Source of the DNA: a virus | Reading direction: 5' to 3' (one strand) | Length of the DNA stretch: 64,000 bases | Virus record (IMG/VR): IMGVR_UViG_3300045988_126562 | Shown: piece by piece, positions 9,248 through 19,687 of the stretch | Layout: each line of letters opens with the position of its first letter | Position numbering within the stretch: the first letter of the stretch is position 1 | Translations under genes and position numbers: made by a program | Notes under the pieces: model-generated | Told to the model about the DNA's origin: nothing | The model's input: the letters and a program-made list of their open reading frames with translations, nothing else | The model's database searches: none

Positions 9248-11414
9248 TTATTTCTATATCAGCATCTAACTTCACTATTTTACAAAATGTATCTCCCGCA
9301 CTTTTCATACATTTTATAAGTATATCTGGAACTGTATCTTTTAATTCTTCTGGAAATTCTATATTTATTTCATCATGAACTGGAATACAATACTTAACTG
9401 TAAATAATAAATTATGTTCTTTTAACCAATTAAAGAATTTTATACTGGCTAATTTAAACATACATGCTCCAGTTCCTTGAATACGATAATTAATAGATTG
9501 CTTTTCAGAGGCAGCCTTTCTTTGGAAATAATGCTTTACAACAGTAGCCATTACAGTATATTCACTTACTTGGTAAGCTTCTGCTAATTCCTCTATTGGG
9601 GTTTCATTTACTGTAAATTCTTCCCACATATATGATTTTTCCGATGGAGTAAGACTATCCAAACTCTCTCTATTGGCTTTATGTACTCTATATTCTGCCC
9701 AAAATTCTGGAGTAAATCTTTTAACAGCAGCCATTAACTTATCATAATCATATATATGGGCTTTATTTTTAACTACAGGATTCAATAATATATAACCTTT
9801 CTGCATTACATCATACCTACAAAAGTCAAAATAGTTCTTTAGCCCAGGAAATGCCTTTAAATAATTATCATATATCATTTCCCCTTCTGCTTTACTAACT
9901 CCCACATTTTGAGATATAGTATTTCCATCTCCCCCATAATTAGCAGCAAATTCTACTTTCTTGGCTATTTGTCTGTAATGTTTAGCTTTTTCCTTTACTT
10001 GGTCTAATGGTATATCTTTCAATTCTTCATGAAAAGTTAATTTGGCAACATAGCTATGCAAGTCACCCAAAGCATCATTGAAGAATGATATTAGATTAGG
10101 GTCTCTGGATACATTAGTTATAATAACTGATTCTTGTCCACTATAATCTGCTGATGCCCATAAATTACCTTTTTCAGATACAAAGCAAGCTCTAGTCTCT
10201 TTATCACTTGGAAGATTTTGAAGATTAAGATATTGTATCTTAGCATCTTTATTTTTTCCCCCACAACTTAATCTACCTGTATCCATTAATTGATTAAATT
10301 GTGTGTGTATTCTCCCACTAACTGGATTTATAGAATCTATAAAGTTTTGTCCATATGTAGAAGTGGTTTTCATAGCTGCCTTGTATTCTAGATATATAGG
10401 AGCTATAGAACTAATATCTTTCTGTGGTTCTATTATATTAGCGTCAATGGATTTTTTCATTTTACCTGCTTCTTTGTCCCAGGTATTTAAATTAAAGCCC
10501 AACTCCTCAAATAAAGGAATTACTTGCTTTCCACTATTCCAGTTTATAGCACATTTAGGTCCACTATATCCAGTAAACAGGTCTCCCTGCATATCATGGA
10601 ATATATATCTAGACCTCTGTTTTATTAGTTGGTCTCTCGGTATTCTGTTGAGTACACTTCCTTTTTGATCCTCTACATTAGGGTTTAACGCCCATTCTAC
10701 CACCCAATCGTTTAATGAAGAAAGAGCTTTGTCTAGCTTATCTTGGTCAGAGGACATCTTTTCTTTCCATTTTTTGACATCTAATTTAACACCACAATAT
10801 TCTATATAAGCTAGTACTTTTACAAACTCATTCTCTAAACTTAAAGCTGTTATAAGGTCTTTTTCCTTTAATACTTCTATTTGTTTTTCCCTTAAAGGAA
10901 TTAAATATTTAACATCGTCACCAGCATATACTATAACTCTTTCTGTTAGACCTTCCCATATTATGTTTCCTCTAACAGATTTGTCTAAGTCTACTCCTAA
11001 ATATTTTCTGGCACAATCTGCTAAACCTAATCCGTGCATTCCTGGGGGATATCCTAAATATATTAACTTCTCAGCTAAAAAAGTATCCCACACATTGGCA
11101 ATAATTATTCTTTTGTGATAAAAGAATTTTAAATCAAATTTAGCATTTACTAAAATAAAAATTCTTTCTGGATTTTCAAAATAATCTTTATATAATAGAA
11201 TATCTATAGTAGAACAATCTATAATTATCTGGAATTCATATGTTCCTAATTGAACAGATAATAAATCTTTTGTATAGGGGTCAAAACCTCTAGTTTCAGT
11301 ATCTAATCCTACTAATTTTAGAGGTTCTAACATGTTTAGAGATTCTTCAACAGATATTACTACATACTGCTCAGAATCAAACAATTCTTTTTGATTCGTT
11401 ACTAAGTATCGCAC
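9228..11414 (-). CDS. Family-A DNA polymerase with 3'-5' exonuclease domain
   Basis: ExoI VGLDTETRG, motif A ADYSGQESVI, motif B RQIAKKVEFAANYGG and motif C PVHDEI. The annotated start is GTG, so the true start is uncertain. Confidence 0.9.
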   Translation of the reverse strand: MRYLVTNQKELFDSEQYVVISVEESLNMLEPLKLVGLDTETRGFDPYTKDLLSVQLGTYEFQIIIDCSTIDILLYKDYFENPERIFILVNAKFDLKFFYHKRIIIANVWDTFLAEKLIYLGYPPGMHGLGLADCARKYLGVDLDKSVRGNIIWEGLTERVIVYAGDDVKYLIPLREKQIEVLKEKDLITALSLENEFVKVLAYIEYCGVKLDVKKWKEKMSSDQDKLDKALSSLNDWVVEWALNPNVEDQKGSVLNRIPRDQLIKQRSRYIFHDMQGDLFTGYSGPKCAINWNSGKQVIPLFEELGFNLNTWDKEAGKMKKSIDANIIEPQKDISSIAPIYLEYKAAMKTTSTYGQNFIDSINPVSGRIHTQFNQLMDTGRLSCGGKNKDAKIQYLNLQNLPSDKETRACFVSEKGNLWASADYSGQESVIITNVSRDPNLISFFNDALGDLHSYVAKLTFHEELKDIPLDQVKEKAKHYRQIAKKVEFAANYGGDGNTISQNVGVSKAEGEMIYDNYLKAFPGLKNYFDFCRYDVMQKGYILLNPVVKNKAHIYDYDKLMAAVKRFTPEFWAEYRVHKANRESLDSLTPSEKSYMWEEFTVNETPIEELAEAYQVSEYTVMATVVKHYFQRKAASEKQSINYRIQGTGACMFKLASIKFFNWLKEHNLLFTVKYCIPVHDEINIEFPEELKDTVPDILIKCMKSAGDTFCKIVKLDADIEISDHWIH

Positions 11415-11437
11415 TAATTTTCATAACAACATGTTTA

Positions 11438-11602
11438 TTACTGCGCATCTTTACATTGCTTGCAGTACTGAGGCTCCAGAGTATTATTCATATAAGCTTT
11501 TCTTTCTTCCTCAGTAAACTGTGATCCTACTTTGATTATTTTATGACACTTGGAACATAATAATGCTAGATTTCCTCCATTAAATTTTACTATAGCTTTC
11601 AT
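11438..11602 (-). CDS. Small zinc-ribbon protein (54 aa; below track cutoff)
   Basis: Manual translation MKAIVKFNGGNLALLCSKCHKIIKVGSQFTEEERKAYMNNTLEPQYCKQCKDAQ has two CxxC pairs. Its ATG overlaps the upstream stop (ATGA). Confidence 0.35.
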   Translation of the reverse strand: MKAIVKFNGGNLALLCSKCHKIIKVGSQFTEEERKAYMNNTLEPQYCKQCKDAQ

Positions 11603-11898
11603 AAAAAAGATAAAAATACTTCGTAAAGTTCATCGTAAGAGTCATATGGTATATTTTCTCCCCTCTCTGCTTCAAATCTGTCTATAGTACTATCAAATAC
11701 ATCATGATATCCACATTCTGGTCCCCATATATCATTTACATAATCTTCCCAGTTGTCATATTCTCTTTCATCGTAAGGATGATCTGATTCATCAATATGG
11801 TATCTTATTTCATTTATCTCATTGATAAGATCAGAAGAACTTTCATTAGTAGATAAATAATGTTTATATTCCTCAATTATGTTATACATCTCCATCAT
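11599..11898 (-). CDS. Hypothetical acidic protein
   Basis: 99-aa ORF, strongly Asp/Glu-rich. Confidence 0.4.
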   Translation of the reverse strand: MMEMYNIIEEYKHYLSTNESSSDLINEINEIRYHIDESDHPYDEREYDNWEDYVNDIWGPECGYHDVFDSTIDRFEAERGENIPYDSYDELYEVFLSFL

Positions 11899-12070
11899 AC
11901 AATCTTAAAATATCTTCTATGCAATCCAATTCTCTTTCAGCTTCCCTAAGATTACCCAATTTATTTAGCTCTTCTAGGTAAACTTCTTCAAAATCATCTT
12001 TATCTATTTTTTCTATTTTATCTTCTTGAGTACTAATTAACTCCGTCAATAATTCCCTTAACTTTCCCAT
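11882..12070 (-). CDS. Hypothetical protein
   Basis: 62-aa acidic ORF in a co-oriented array. Confidence 0.35.
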   Translation of the reverse strand: MGKLRELLTELISTQEDKIEKIDKDDFEEVYLEELNKLGNLREAERELDCIEDILRLYDGDV

Positions 12071-12404
12071 CTCTAAATACTTTTAATTTGGGCTCCCAAA
12101 TTTCTCCTACTTTTCCTTTGTTACATCCTAGACCTATCCACGTAATCTTTGGGAAATATTCAAAAATGTAACATAAGAATTTTACCACTACATCTGGAAT
12201 TTCAAAATCATTGGAATATAGCATTACATATCCATCTTTATCGCTGTAATATCCTCTTATCGTATGGATGAAAGGTATACCTTCATCATTAAACCATTCT
12301 GCATGAGACGAATTCATATGTTTAGCAGAAGGAAACTTTACAAGCAAAGTTTCTGGATGGATATACAAAGGTTTTCTGTTCTTATGAAATTCTTCTAGTG
12401 TCAT
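12033..12404 (-). CDS. Hypothetical protein
   Basis: 123-aa ORF. No motif recognised. Confidence 0.45.
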   Translation of the reverse strand: MTLEEFHKNRKPLYIHPETLLVKFPSAKHMNSSHAEWFNDEGIPFIHTIRGYYSDKDGYVMLYSNDFEIPDVVVKFLCYIFEYFPKITWIGLGCNKGKVGEIWEPKLKVFRDGKVKGIIDGVN

Positions 12405-12483
12405 TTGTATAATATGTTATTTTATTAAATGACATAGAGTAATTATGCCATTTGTTACTTACTACAATATTTATCATATAAAT

Positions 12484-12654
12484 TTATATTCTAGGTACTA
12501 CATCTAAATCTGTCAGATAAAAGGAATGATCATCTATATCTTTTTGTATAAAGTATCCGTTTACTTCTATATTTTCACCCTGGAGAGTATGTATCATAAC
12601 TTCTCTATCAAAGTCAAATTGTTTAAGTATTTCAATTAACTGTCCTACTAACAT
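12484..12654 (-). CDS. Small hypothetical protein (56 aa; below track cutoff)
   Basis: Manual translation MLVGQLIEILKQFDFDREVMIHTLQGENIEVNGYFIQKDIDDHSFYLTDLDVVPRI. Its start overlaps the upstream TAG stop. Confidence 0.3.
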   Translation of the reverse strand: MLVGQLIEILKQFDFDREVMIHTLQGENIEVNGYFIQKDIDDHSFYLTDLDVVPRI

Positions 12655-13031
12655 AATCTACATTTATCATAATAAGATTTTAGACAAAATATATATAATC
12701 TATTAGATGCTTCTACAGGAGTGTGACCATCCCATTCATTAGCCTTTTCTTTCTCTGGAATATCAAATAAATTCCAGTCTTCTACCCTATAATGGTTACT
12801 GATCTGACCTGTAGGTAATTCAGCCATCACAATAAACCAATCTCCTCCGAAACACATTTCTCCATCAGAATGCTTTCTTGACTTGTGAACATCATAGTTA
12901 CCGTGTAAAGAATTAAAAAATGCTGCATTATATAACATACGGTAACGATAAAGCTCATTAAAAGTATGAAATCCGTCTGAAACTTTATCCTCAGGAACAA
13001 ATAAATTTTTAAGTCTTTGTAATAATTTCAT
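12648..13031 (-). CDS. Hypothetical protein (HTFNELY / WDGH motifs)
   Basis: 127-aa ORF abutting the Pnkp gene. Function unknown. Confidence 0.45.
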   Translation of the reverse strand: MKLLQRLKNLFVPEDKVSDGFHTFNELYRYRMLYNAAFFNSLHGNYDVHKSRKHSDGEMCFGGDWFIVMAELPTGQISNHYRVEDWNLFDIPEKEKANEWDGHTPVEASNRLYIFCLKSYYDKCRLC

Positions 13032-13966
13032 TAGAATTTTCCTTCATTAGGTTGTAACACAGTTAAACCTAAATCTCTATACATTTGCACACATTTATAG
13101 TTATCGTCTAGTACAAACCATACATTATACTTAGGTTCGATCTTTTCCTTATAAATTTTCTCTTTAGTTGGAGCACCCTTGCTGTAATCTTTATATGGTT
13201 TAAAGAATATATCATCGTAAGGAATATAGTGATCTTTTAGCCAAGTTTTAGTAGCTTCCATAATATCTGGAGCACCTTCTCTTCCTGTTACAATAAGTAT
13301 CTTAAAGTTTTGCATATGCATAATTTGAACTAAGTCACATATAGGCTTATTTGGAATGTCAGTCAGCATACCTTCTGCTGCACCGTCTCCCCAGAAAGGT
13401 CTTTTAGTAGTATTGAAACAAAGAGTAGAGTCCATATCTACTATAATAGCATTTTCCTTATCATGGCTATATGAATCCTCCATCTTGTTCATATTATCCA
13501 CTACCCTCATTACTTCTTCGTGTATAATAAAATCTCTATATCTTTTCCAAGTATCACGAATAACTTTTTCTCCAACAGGGTTAGGTCTCATAGCATCACG
13601 ACGAATACATTCTTCAACTGGAATAAAGAAATCTTTATATTCAACTTTATATTCCCAGCCATAAATGTAATTTTCGTTAAAATCTTTAACCATATTTTCT
13701 AACTCAGCACAAGTCTTAGGGTTAAGGTTCATATTATCAACCACAATATTATAACCTTTTTCCATACTATTAGCTAGTACAGTATGGTAAGTTGCAGTAA
13801 CTATCTTCTCTCTGCTAGGAACCCAATAGTCTCCTAACATATTGCGAATATCATCATTATTAAACCTAACTCTGTGCTCTGGATCTTCATGGCACCATTG
13901 TTTAGCCCAAGTTGATTTACCAGATCCTTGAATGCCTCTACAAATAATTAATTTTCTTACCTCCAT
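13031..13966 (-). CDS. Bifunctional polynucleotide 5'-kinase / 3'-phosphatase (T4 Pnkp-like)
   Basis: N-terminal P-loop GIQGSGKST. C-terminal HAD phosphatase motifs IVDMDSTL (DxDxT), VTGR and LDDN. Confidence 0.8.
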   Translation of the reverse strand: MEVRKLIICRGIQGSGKSTWAKQWCHEDPEHRVRFNNDDIRNMLGDYWVPSREKIVTATYHTVLANSMEKGYNIVVDNMNLNPKTCAELENMVKDFNENYIYGWEYKVEYKDFFIPVEECIRRDAMRPNPVGEKVIRDTWKRYRDFIIHEEVMRVVDNMNKMEDSYSHDKENAIIVDMDSTLCFNTTKRPFWGDGAAEGMLTDIPNKPICDLVQIMHMQNFKILIVTGREGAPDIMEATKTWLKDHYIPYDDIFFKPYKDYSKGAPTKEKIYKEKIEPKYNVWFVLDDNYKCVQMYRDLGLTVLQPNEGKF

Positions 13967-13977
13967 AATTTTAGTTT

Positions 13978-14457
13978 TTATTCTTTAACTTCCCAGTCAC
14001 TATATCTGTTTTTAGGCACTACTTTTCCATAATCACAAGCAGGAGTATCTATTAACTTTTTAAGGTAATTAGGGATAAACTTCTCAAAATGACATTCAAT
14101 TTGTTCCTGAATATTAACTAGCTCTTGTCTAGATAATTCTGGAACTTTGAACTGACATACAGGAGTGTCTATATAGAATGTATATCCATCCAGTTCTTGA
14201 CTGTTATCAATATTCCATGTAATATCCAACCATTTTATTGGACTAGCTGCCTTTGATCTATTAAAAGGTTGCTTATTATATAAACCACATGATGGGGATT
14301 TTAAATGACTTTCCCTTTTTATCGTCCACCATATCTTAATGAGTTCTCCATTTACATTATAGACCAGACTACAACAATCTGTTATAATAGCTGGAGTTTC
14401 ATATATGAGAGAGAAAAATAGTTTCTTAATATTATCATCGAGATTTTCTAATTTCAT
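13978..14457 (-). CDS. Hypothetical protein
   Basis: 159-aa ORF in a co-oriented array. Confidence 0.4.
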   Translation of the reverse strand: MKLENLDDNIKKLFFSLIYETPAIITDCCSLVYNVNGELIKIWWTIKRESHLKSPSCGLYNKQPFNRSKAASPIKWLDITWNIDNSQELDGYTFYIDTPVCQFKVPELSRQELVNIQEQIECHFEKFIPNYLKKLIDTPACDYGKVVPKNRYSDWEVKE

Positions 14458-14711
14458 ACTTTTCTTTTTTCTTTATATACATTTAATATTTCTATGCTAT
14501 CATTATCCACCGAACCGTATCTAGCCCAGTCGCTTTCTTTTATTATGTTTCTAATCTCATCATTATCCACTACTCCATTAATGTATCCTCTGCCTATATA
14601 TTTTGGAAGTCTTATTTTCGGAGTTATCCAACAGCAATCAAACCATCCTTTTACATGATAAGAAGCATAATATTCGTTAGTATCAATATCGTTTTCCATT
14701 ATGTATAACAA
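14454..14711 (-). CDS. Hypothetical protein
   Basis: 85-aa ORF with an ATGA overlap. Confidence 0.4.
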   Translation of the reverse strand: MLYIMENDIDTNEYYASYHVKGWFDCCWITPKIRLPKYIGRGYINGVVDNDEIRNIIKESDWARYGSVDNDSIEILNVYKEKRKV

Positions 14712-15046
14712 AATCCACTAGCCACTTCAACCATAATTTTTAGAAGATCTTCGTCAGATAATATATTGTTTGCATCAGAAATGACTCTGTTTAATGATTC
14801 TCTAAATTCACTAATTGCATCATTCCTTATTTGTTCATAAATAGCATCAGAGCTAGATAATATATAACTTATTAGGTCACTCATTTGTTCTTCTACAAAT
14901 TCATAACCCCTGTCGTTAAGAAAATCCCTTAAACATTCTTCGGTCAAATTTTCCTCCTTTATAGGAAGTTCTTCGTCATTTGTAGAACACACAAAATCCT
15001 CGGCTAACTCATCGAGTTCGTAATCAGTAGGTATTTTTCTCTCCAT
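14699..15046 (-). CDS. Hypothetical highly acidic protein
   Basis: 115-aa ORF, very Asp/Glu-rich. Confidence 0.4.
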   Translation of the reverse strand: MERKIPTDYELDELAEDFVCSTNDEELPIKEENLTEECLRDFLNDRGYEFVEEQMSDLISYILSSSDAIYEQIRNDAISEFRESLNRVISDANNILSDEDLLKIMVEVASGFCYT

Positions 15047-15047
15047 T

Positions 15048-15554
15048 TTAACCTATATTACATAAAACTTCAGAAAATCCTCCATATTTTAGATTACAAG
15101 TATTTATGAAATCTTGAATAAATTGCAACTGATTCAGGCAATACTCATAATCTTCTAGTTCTTCTTTTGTTTCCTCTATATACCAATCTTCTTCTGTAAT
15201 AGAATTTGTAAATTCTTCATAACTTAAAACTTTAGGAAGACCTTGAAGATACTTAATGTACTCTTCTCTTTTGGATTTATATTTATCTATAGAATCTCTT
15301 AAAGATTTAATTTCTTTTTGACACTCTATAATACAACTATCAATTCCATCTTTTGTTAACACAGAGTATTTTTCTTCTTCACCGGCCCATACAGGATTAA
15401 TACAGTCACTTACTATTCTGTATATCTTACAATTTCTGCTATAGGAATCAAATAGAATAACATCTCCCTGTTTATGATATTCTGTGTCTTTGATTCTTTC
15501 TATTTTATATAGATCAGATCTTACTCTGACATAAATATTTAAATAACTACTCAT
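15048..15554 (-). CDS. Hypothetical protein
   Basis: 168-aa ORF. No motif recognised. Confidence 0.4.
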   Translation of the reverse strand: MSSYLNIYVRVRSDLYKIERIKDTEYHKQGDVILFDSYSRNCKIYRIVSDCINPVWAGEEEKYSVLTKDGIDSCIIECQKEIKSLRDSIDKYKSKREEYIKYLQGLPKVLSYEEFTNSITEEDWYIEETKEELEDYEYCLNQLQFIQDFINTCNLKYGGFSEVLCNIG

Positions 15555-15849
15555 ATATACTTATAATTTCTACTATCTCATTATTAACGAACCATTCTAA
15601 CTGTTTATACAAAGATTCCAATTCTGCCTCAGACAAATCAGGATTGGACATATCAGATAAAAGATCTTTTAGGGAAAAGTCCTTTTCCTCTTCTGAAACA
15701 AATAATCTTCCTAATTCGCTGCTTAATAAAATATCAGCTCTAATAAGCAAAGGGACACTTTCATCATGAATAGTGTCCCTTACAATACCTTCTACATTTC
15801 TTTTTATTCTTTTATAATCAGAGATTATTTCGTGTATGTTTTCTATCAT
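15547..15849 (-). CDS. Hypothetical protein
   Basis: 100-aa ORF in a co-oriented array. Confidence 0.4.
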   Translation of the reverse strand: MIENIHEIISDYKRIKRNVEGIVRDTIHDESVPLLIRADILLSSELGRLFVSEEEKDFSLKDLLSDMSNPDLSEAELESLYKQLEWFVNNEIVEIISIYE

Positions 15850-17210
15850 TATTGTTCAGCCTCAATATCAAATTCCCCTTTGTCCAAAGCTGCTCTCTCC
15901 TTTTCCAAGAATGCAAAACATTTTAGTTTATATACATCAATGTTAAGAGATTCATTTCTAATTACTATGCCTTCATGTGGCACTTTGTTAATGCAACGAG
16001 GACTATACATTTCCATATTAAATCTCTTATCTTTAGATAGACATTCAACGAAGTTATCATTCCAATGGTTTGTTACGTCTAAGTCAGGATATAGATTTTT
16101 TGCATACCCATAATAATATTGTTCTACAGGAGTCCATCCCATTTTTTCACATAATTGTTGAACTTGTCTAGCGCTAAACTCATATACAGCACCGTCAAGA
16201 TTGGTATAAGTAATACGATATACTTCTACTCCATAGTTTTTTCCATATTTCCATTTACTTGGAGATTCTGGTTTTTCAAATCCATAATCCCACTTTCCTT
16301 GAATAGGAGCACCATTAGGCCAATATCCTAGTATCTCGTAATATACAGTCATACCTTTTGGAAGACTACCAAATAAGAGATTATGAATCTCATTTCTTCC
16401 CATAACATCTGCTCCTCCATAATACCCAGATACTCTTTCATTTAGAATTGGATCTTGAATCACTTTTCTAGAACTGCAGAAACTATGGTATTCCTCTATA
16501 TATTTCTGCCTTCTCATTATTTTATCGAAGAATGATTTAGGAAGTTGCTTTTTAATCATTACATTTGCAGAGATTCCGGAGGTTCCATGTACTTTTGCAG
16601 TAATAGAAATCAATGAATCAGGTTTGATTACATAAGGACATTTCTTTAGGAGGGTGGTATCTACGTGATAATGGAACTGTCCTTCTAAAACTTCTGCATC
16701 TGCTTTCTTTTTAGGTTGTTTTCCTTGTTTAGATCCTGAAGTTCCAGGTGTCCTTTGATATTTCGGAACATACTTTTTACATAGCAATTTTCCATCTATA
16801 GTATCAAAATCTACTCCTACTTCAGAGTCATCAATTACAACAGGACTGTCTATAAAACAATTAAAGGATTCTATAGGAATAATAAATCCTTCGCTAATTT
16901 CTCCCTTTAATTTAATAGCCTTTACTCTTCCCTTGTCTTCAAACATCCCGGTTTTGGAATGATCAACATTCATGGAAGCATCTCTAAACAAATTATTTTT
17001 ACCTAAAAATTCTTTGTCTATACAGCACTCTACCGGAAAATAAATATAAAATCCTGGCTTTGAATCTATTCCGGTAATAACATTAAATCCATCTACCTTG
17101 CAGCATTTTAATTTAGTTACTTCTGGATTAGAATGAGAGTGAAATTCTTGGATATTCACGATTTTTGCTGCATAATTAGCATTGAAATTTTTACTTCTTG
17201 ATAAATTCAT
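15849..17210 (-). CDS. RNA ligase, Rnl2-like nucleotidyltransferase
   Basis: Motif I AKVHGTSG (KxHG, as in T4 Rnl2 KIHGTN), motif III-like YYEILGY, motif IV HEGIVIRN and motif V YKLKC. An N-terminal ~190-aa extension is unassigned. Confidence 0.65.
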   Translation of the reverse strand: MNLSRSKNFNANYAAKIVNIQEFHSHSNPEVTKLKCCKVDGFNVITGIDSKPGFYIYFPVECCIDKEFLGKNNLFRDASMNVDHSKTGMFEDKGRVKAIKLKGEISEGFIIPIESFNCFIDSPVVIDDSEVGVDFDTIDGKLLCKKYVPKYQRTPGTSGSKQGKQPKKKADAEVLEGQFHYHVDTTLLKKCPYVIKPDSLISITAKVHGTSGISANVMIKKQLPKSFFDKIMRRQKYIEEYHSFCSSRKVIQDPILNERVSGYYGGADVMGRNEIHNLLFGSLPKGMTVYYEILGYWPNGAPIQGKWDYGFEKPESPSKWKYGKNYGVEVYRITYTNLDGAVYEFSARQVQQLCEKMGWTPVEQYYYGYAKNLYPDLDVTNHWNDNFVECLSKDKRFNMEMYSPRCINKVPHEGIVIRNESLNIDVYKLKCFAFLEKERAALDKGEFDIEAEQ

Positions 17211-17466
17211 CTGTTATTTTTGTTTTAATTTCGTTTAAAGCTTGTTTTAATTCCTCTATAAATTCTTCTTTAGTTAGTACTTCGGCATCAAAACTTATAT
17301 TAGATACATTATCAAACCATTCCATATCTATAGGAATCATCAATTCTGTATCAATTTTTATACCAGCCACAGTACAACCTTCAGCTTCAGTTATATAATA
17401 AAGGCACTGGCAGTCCTTAATATATTTTCCTACCAATGCCTCTCCTATTAGTTTATCTATTGTCAT
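17191..17466 (-). CDS. Hypothetical protein
   Basis: 91-aa ORF in a co-oriented array. Confidence 0.35.
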   Translation of the reverse strand: MTIDKLIGEALVGKYIKDCQCLYYITEAEGCTVAGIKIDTELMIPIDMEWFDNVSNISFDAEVLTKEEFIEELKQALNEIKTKITDEFIKK

Positions 17467-17708
17467 AGCATACTTTCTAAATATTCATAAGTCTTGATCC
17501 CTACTATTCTTTCATTAGGTTTATCCTTTTTGATTATTAGTATAGTAGGAACATTTCTTACAGATTGTGCCCATTCATCAGGAACTCCGTCAGTACAATC
17601 AATTTCTTCGTATTCTATTTCTGGATGATTAGATATTAGTTTATCTACTATCGGTTTCATTACCTTACATGGGCCACACGTTTGAGTATAAAATTTAATT
17701 AGTTTCAT
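17463..17708 (-). CDS. Thioredoxin-like protein
   Basis: Active-site CGPC in FYTQTCGPCKVMKP; 81 aa. Confidence 0.7.
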   Translation of the reverse strand: MKLIKFYTQTCGPCKVMKPIVDKLISNHPEIEYEEIDCTDGVPDEWAQSVRNVPTILIIKKDKPNERIVGIKTYEYLESML

Positions 17709-17893
17709 ATAAGACTATTAATGTTGTCAAGTGTAGTTTTATCCCACACTTTCAGCGTGTTATAGAGTGATTCATATACTCCTTCATATAATTCCTCATC
17801 TTCTCCAGTTTCTTCTGTACCAGAAGCTTCAACTAGTCTTTCTGCTATTTTAGCAGCTATTTCTCTGGCATTTTGAAGCTTATATTTACTCAT
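17705..17893 (-). CDS. Hypothetical protein
   Basis: 62-aa ORF in a co-oriented array. Confidence 0.35.
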   Translation of the reverse strand: MSKYKLQNAREIAAKIAERLVEASGTEETGEDEELYEGVYESLYNTLKVWDKTTLDNINSLI

Positions 17894-18431
17894 AATCCTT
17901 AAATTTCCATATAAATCCTTTATGGGATTTTAATTTACCTCTACAACATTTACTTATAGCAGAATGATCAAATCCGTCAGTTTCAGCTGATTTAGCCGAA
18001 ATCCATTCTTTGATTAGTTTTCCGTCTAAAGAATATTGTAATACACTTTTTGCAACCTTTTCTTTTTCTGGACTTGTTATCTTTTTCCACAAATTGTTTT
18101 CATAATTACTACACCATTCTAGATTATCTATACAATTATTACTAGGATTATTGTCTTTGTGGTTAACTTGTGACAAATTGTTAGGATTTACTAGAAAGAT
18201 TTCTGCCACTAATCTATGTATCAAAAATCTATGAGATTTTCCATTTAAATCAAATAAATCTATTTGGTGATAACCTCTATTATTAATTTTGTGACGTAAG
18301 ATTTTTCCTGGACAAATTCTCACACTCCCTCCTCTACCTAGTCTTTTTCTAGTATAGCTCTTAATATTACCATAATTACTAACTTGATATAGTCCTTCAA
18401 ATTTTGGTATGTCTCTAAATATTTCTTTCAT
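17886..18431 (-). CDS. Free-standing HNH homing endonuclease (NUMOD4/HNH_3-like)
   Basis: N-terminal YQVSNYGNIKS, HRLVAEIF, and NHKDNNPSNNCIDNLEW. Confidence 0.75.
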   Translation of the reverse strand: MKEIFRDIPKFEGLYQVSNYGNIKSYTRKRLGRGGSVRICPGKILRHKINNRGYHQIDLFDLNGKSHRFLIHRLVAEIFLVNPNNLSQVNHKDNNPSNNCIDNLEWCSNYENNLWKKITSPEKEKVAKSVLQYSLDGKLIKEWISAKSAETDGFDHSAISKCCRGKLKSHKGFIWKFKDYE

Positions 18432-18508
18432 AATTTATTTGTTTTAATAAAACACAAAATTATAAAATAATTTAAAGATTTCAAAATAGAATTTAAGTTT
18501 TAAAGGGA

Positions 18509-19687
18509 TTATTCCAAATCATCCCTAAAAGCTTTAAAACTTGGCTGCAAGGGAATTCCGTCTTCCGAATAATAGAAAAATTTACATTCTCCTATTTTTC
18601 CCTTATACTTAGATTCAAAGTTTTCCCAATATTCCTTTTTTAGTTCTCTGTCTCCAAAAGGTTTGGCTTTAAAGCGTTTTCCATCTTGAGTTTCTAAAAT
18701 AAAAACCATATCTTCGGATCCCCTAAGACCAGGCTCTTTATCAACAACTTTAAAGCAATCGTCCAAATATGACTTTACCTTAATCATATCATTAGTTCTC
18801 TTATTGATTCCATATGTCTTACTTGGATTACGTATAACAACTCCTTCAAAGCCTTCAGAAACATACTTATCATGCAGGGTTTTTATTTCACTCCATCCTT
18901 CACATGGGGTATGTTCTACCATAACTACCTTTATATCAGAATCTTGAAAGTATGGAGTTACTACGTCCTCTAACATTTCTAGTCTATCTTCGAATGTCAA
19001 ATTAGGATCTACTACATCATAAATCCAATATTCTAAGGCTTCACATTTACTATAAACATCAGTTTCCAACCTAGCCAGACCACTTATGTATTGTAGAGGT
19101 CTTCCATGTATATACAATTCTCCATCCAGTATTATATCAGGGTTTTCTTCAAATAACTTAATCATATCCGAATGCCCTGTTATATGTTTGGTAGAATAGT
19201 CATAATGTTGCCCTCCTCTGCTAGCTGTATGAACTTCCCCATCTTTGTAGTACATCAAGCATCGCACTCCATCTATCTTACGGCTAGCTAACCATTTTTT
19301 CTCTAAAGCAGAACTAGCTACCTTATTAAAGTCTTTAGCTAACATAGGTTTTACCATTCCGTTAGCATCTGTAGTATCAGTAGGAAGGATTTTATCTAAA
19401 TCCTCCTTAGAATATTTGCTTATCTCTTTGTCTAAAAGTTTATATCCCTTGTCTTGATATTTTTTCAAGTGGGAATTATACTCTAATCTAGCTTGTTCAG
19501 TAACAGTACGTTTAGCTTTTCCTTTACTTATTACTATTTCAGGTTGAGTAGTTATTTTTCCTCCATATTGAGAAGTATATCGTCTAATAACGAATCCATT
19601 ATGATCATCTTCCCATTGATAACTTATTTCTACTACTCTTATCTTACCTTTAGAATCCCTAGAAATTAAAGTATTTTGACCTATCAC
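18509..19687 (-). CDS. ATP-dependent DNA ligase
   Basis: Motif I SRKIDGVR (KxDG), motif [10 protein letters not shown] and motif V IKVK. Confidence 0.85.
   Translation of the reverse strand: MIGQNTLISRDSKGKIRVVEISYQWEDDHNGFVIRRYTSQYGGKITTQPEIVISKGKAKRTVTEQARLEYNSHLKKYQDKGYKLLDKEISKYSKEDLDKILPTDTTDANGMVKPMLAKDFNKVASSALEKKWLASRKIDGVRCLMYYKDGEVHTASRGGQHYDYSTKHITGHSDMIKLFEENPDIILDGELYIHGRPLQYISGLARLETDVYSKCEALEYWIYDVVDPNLTFEDRLEMLEDVVTPYFQDSDIKVVMVEHTPCEGWSEIKTLHDKYVSEGFEGVVIRNPSKTYGINKRTNDMIKVKSYLDDCFKVVDKEPGLRGSEDMVFILETQDGKRFKAKPFGDRELKKEYWENFESKYKGKIGECKFFYYSEDGIPLQPSFKAFRDDLE

Noticed and set aside
9228-11414. Intein, intron or frameshift in the DNA polymerase, nrdD or thyX genes
   Set aside because: All three are single uninterrupted ORFs with motifs in canonical order and normal lengths. 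The only oddity is the GTG start assigned to the polymerase.
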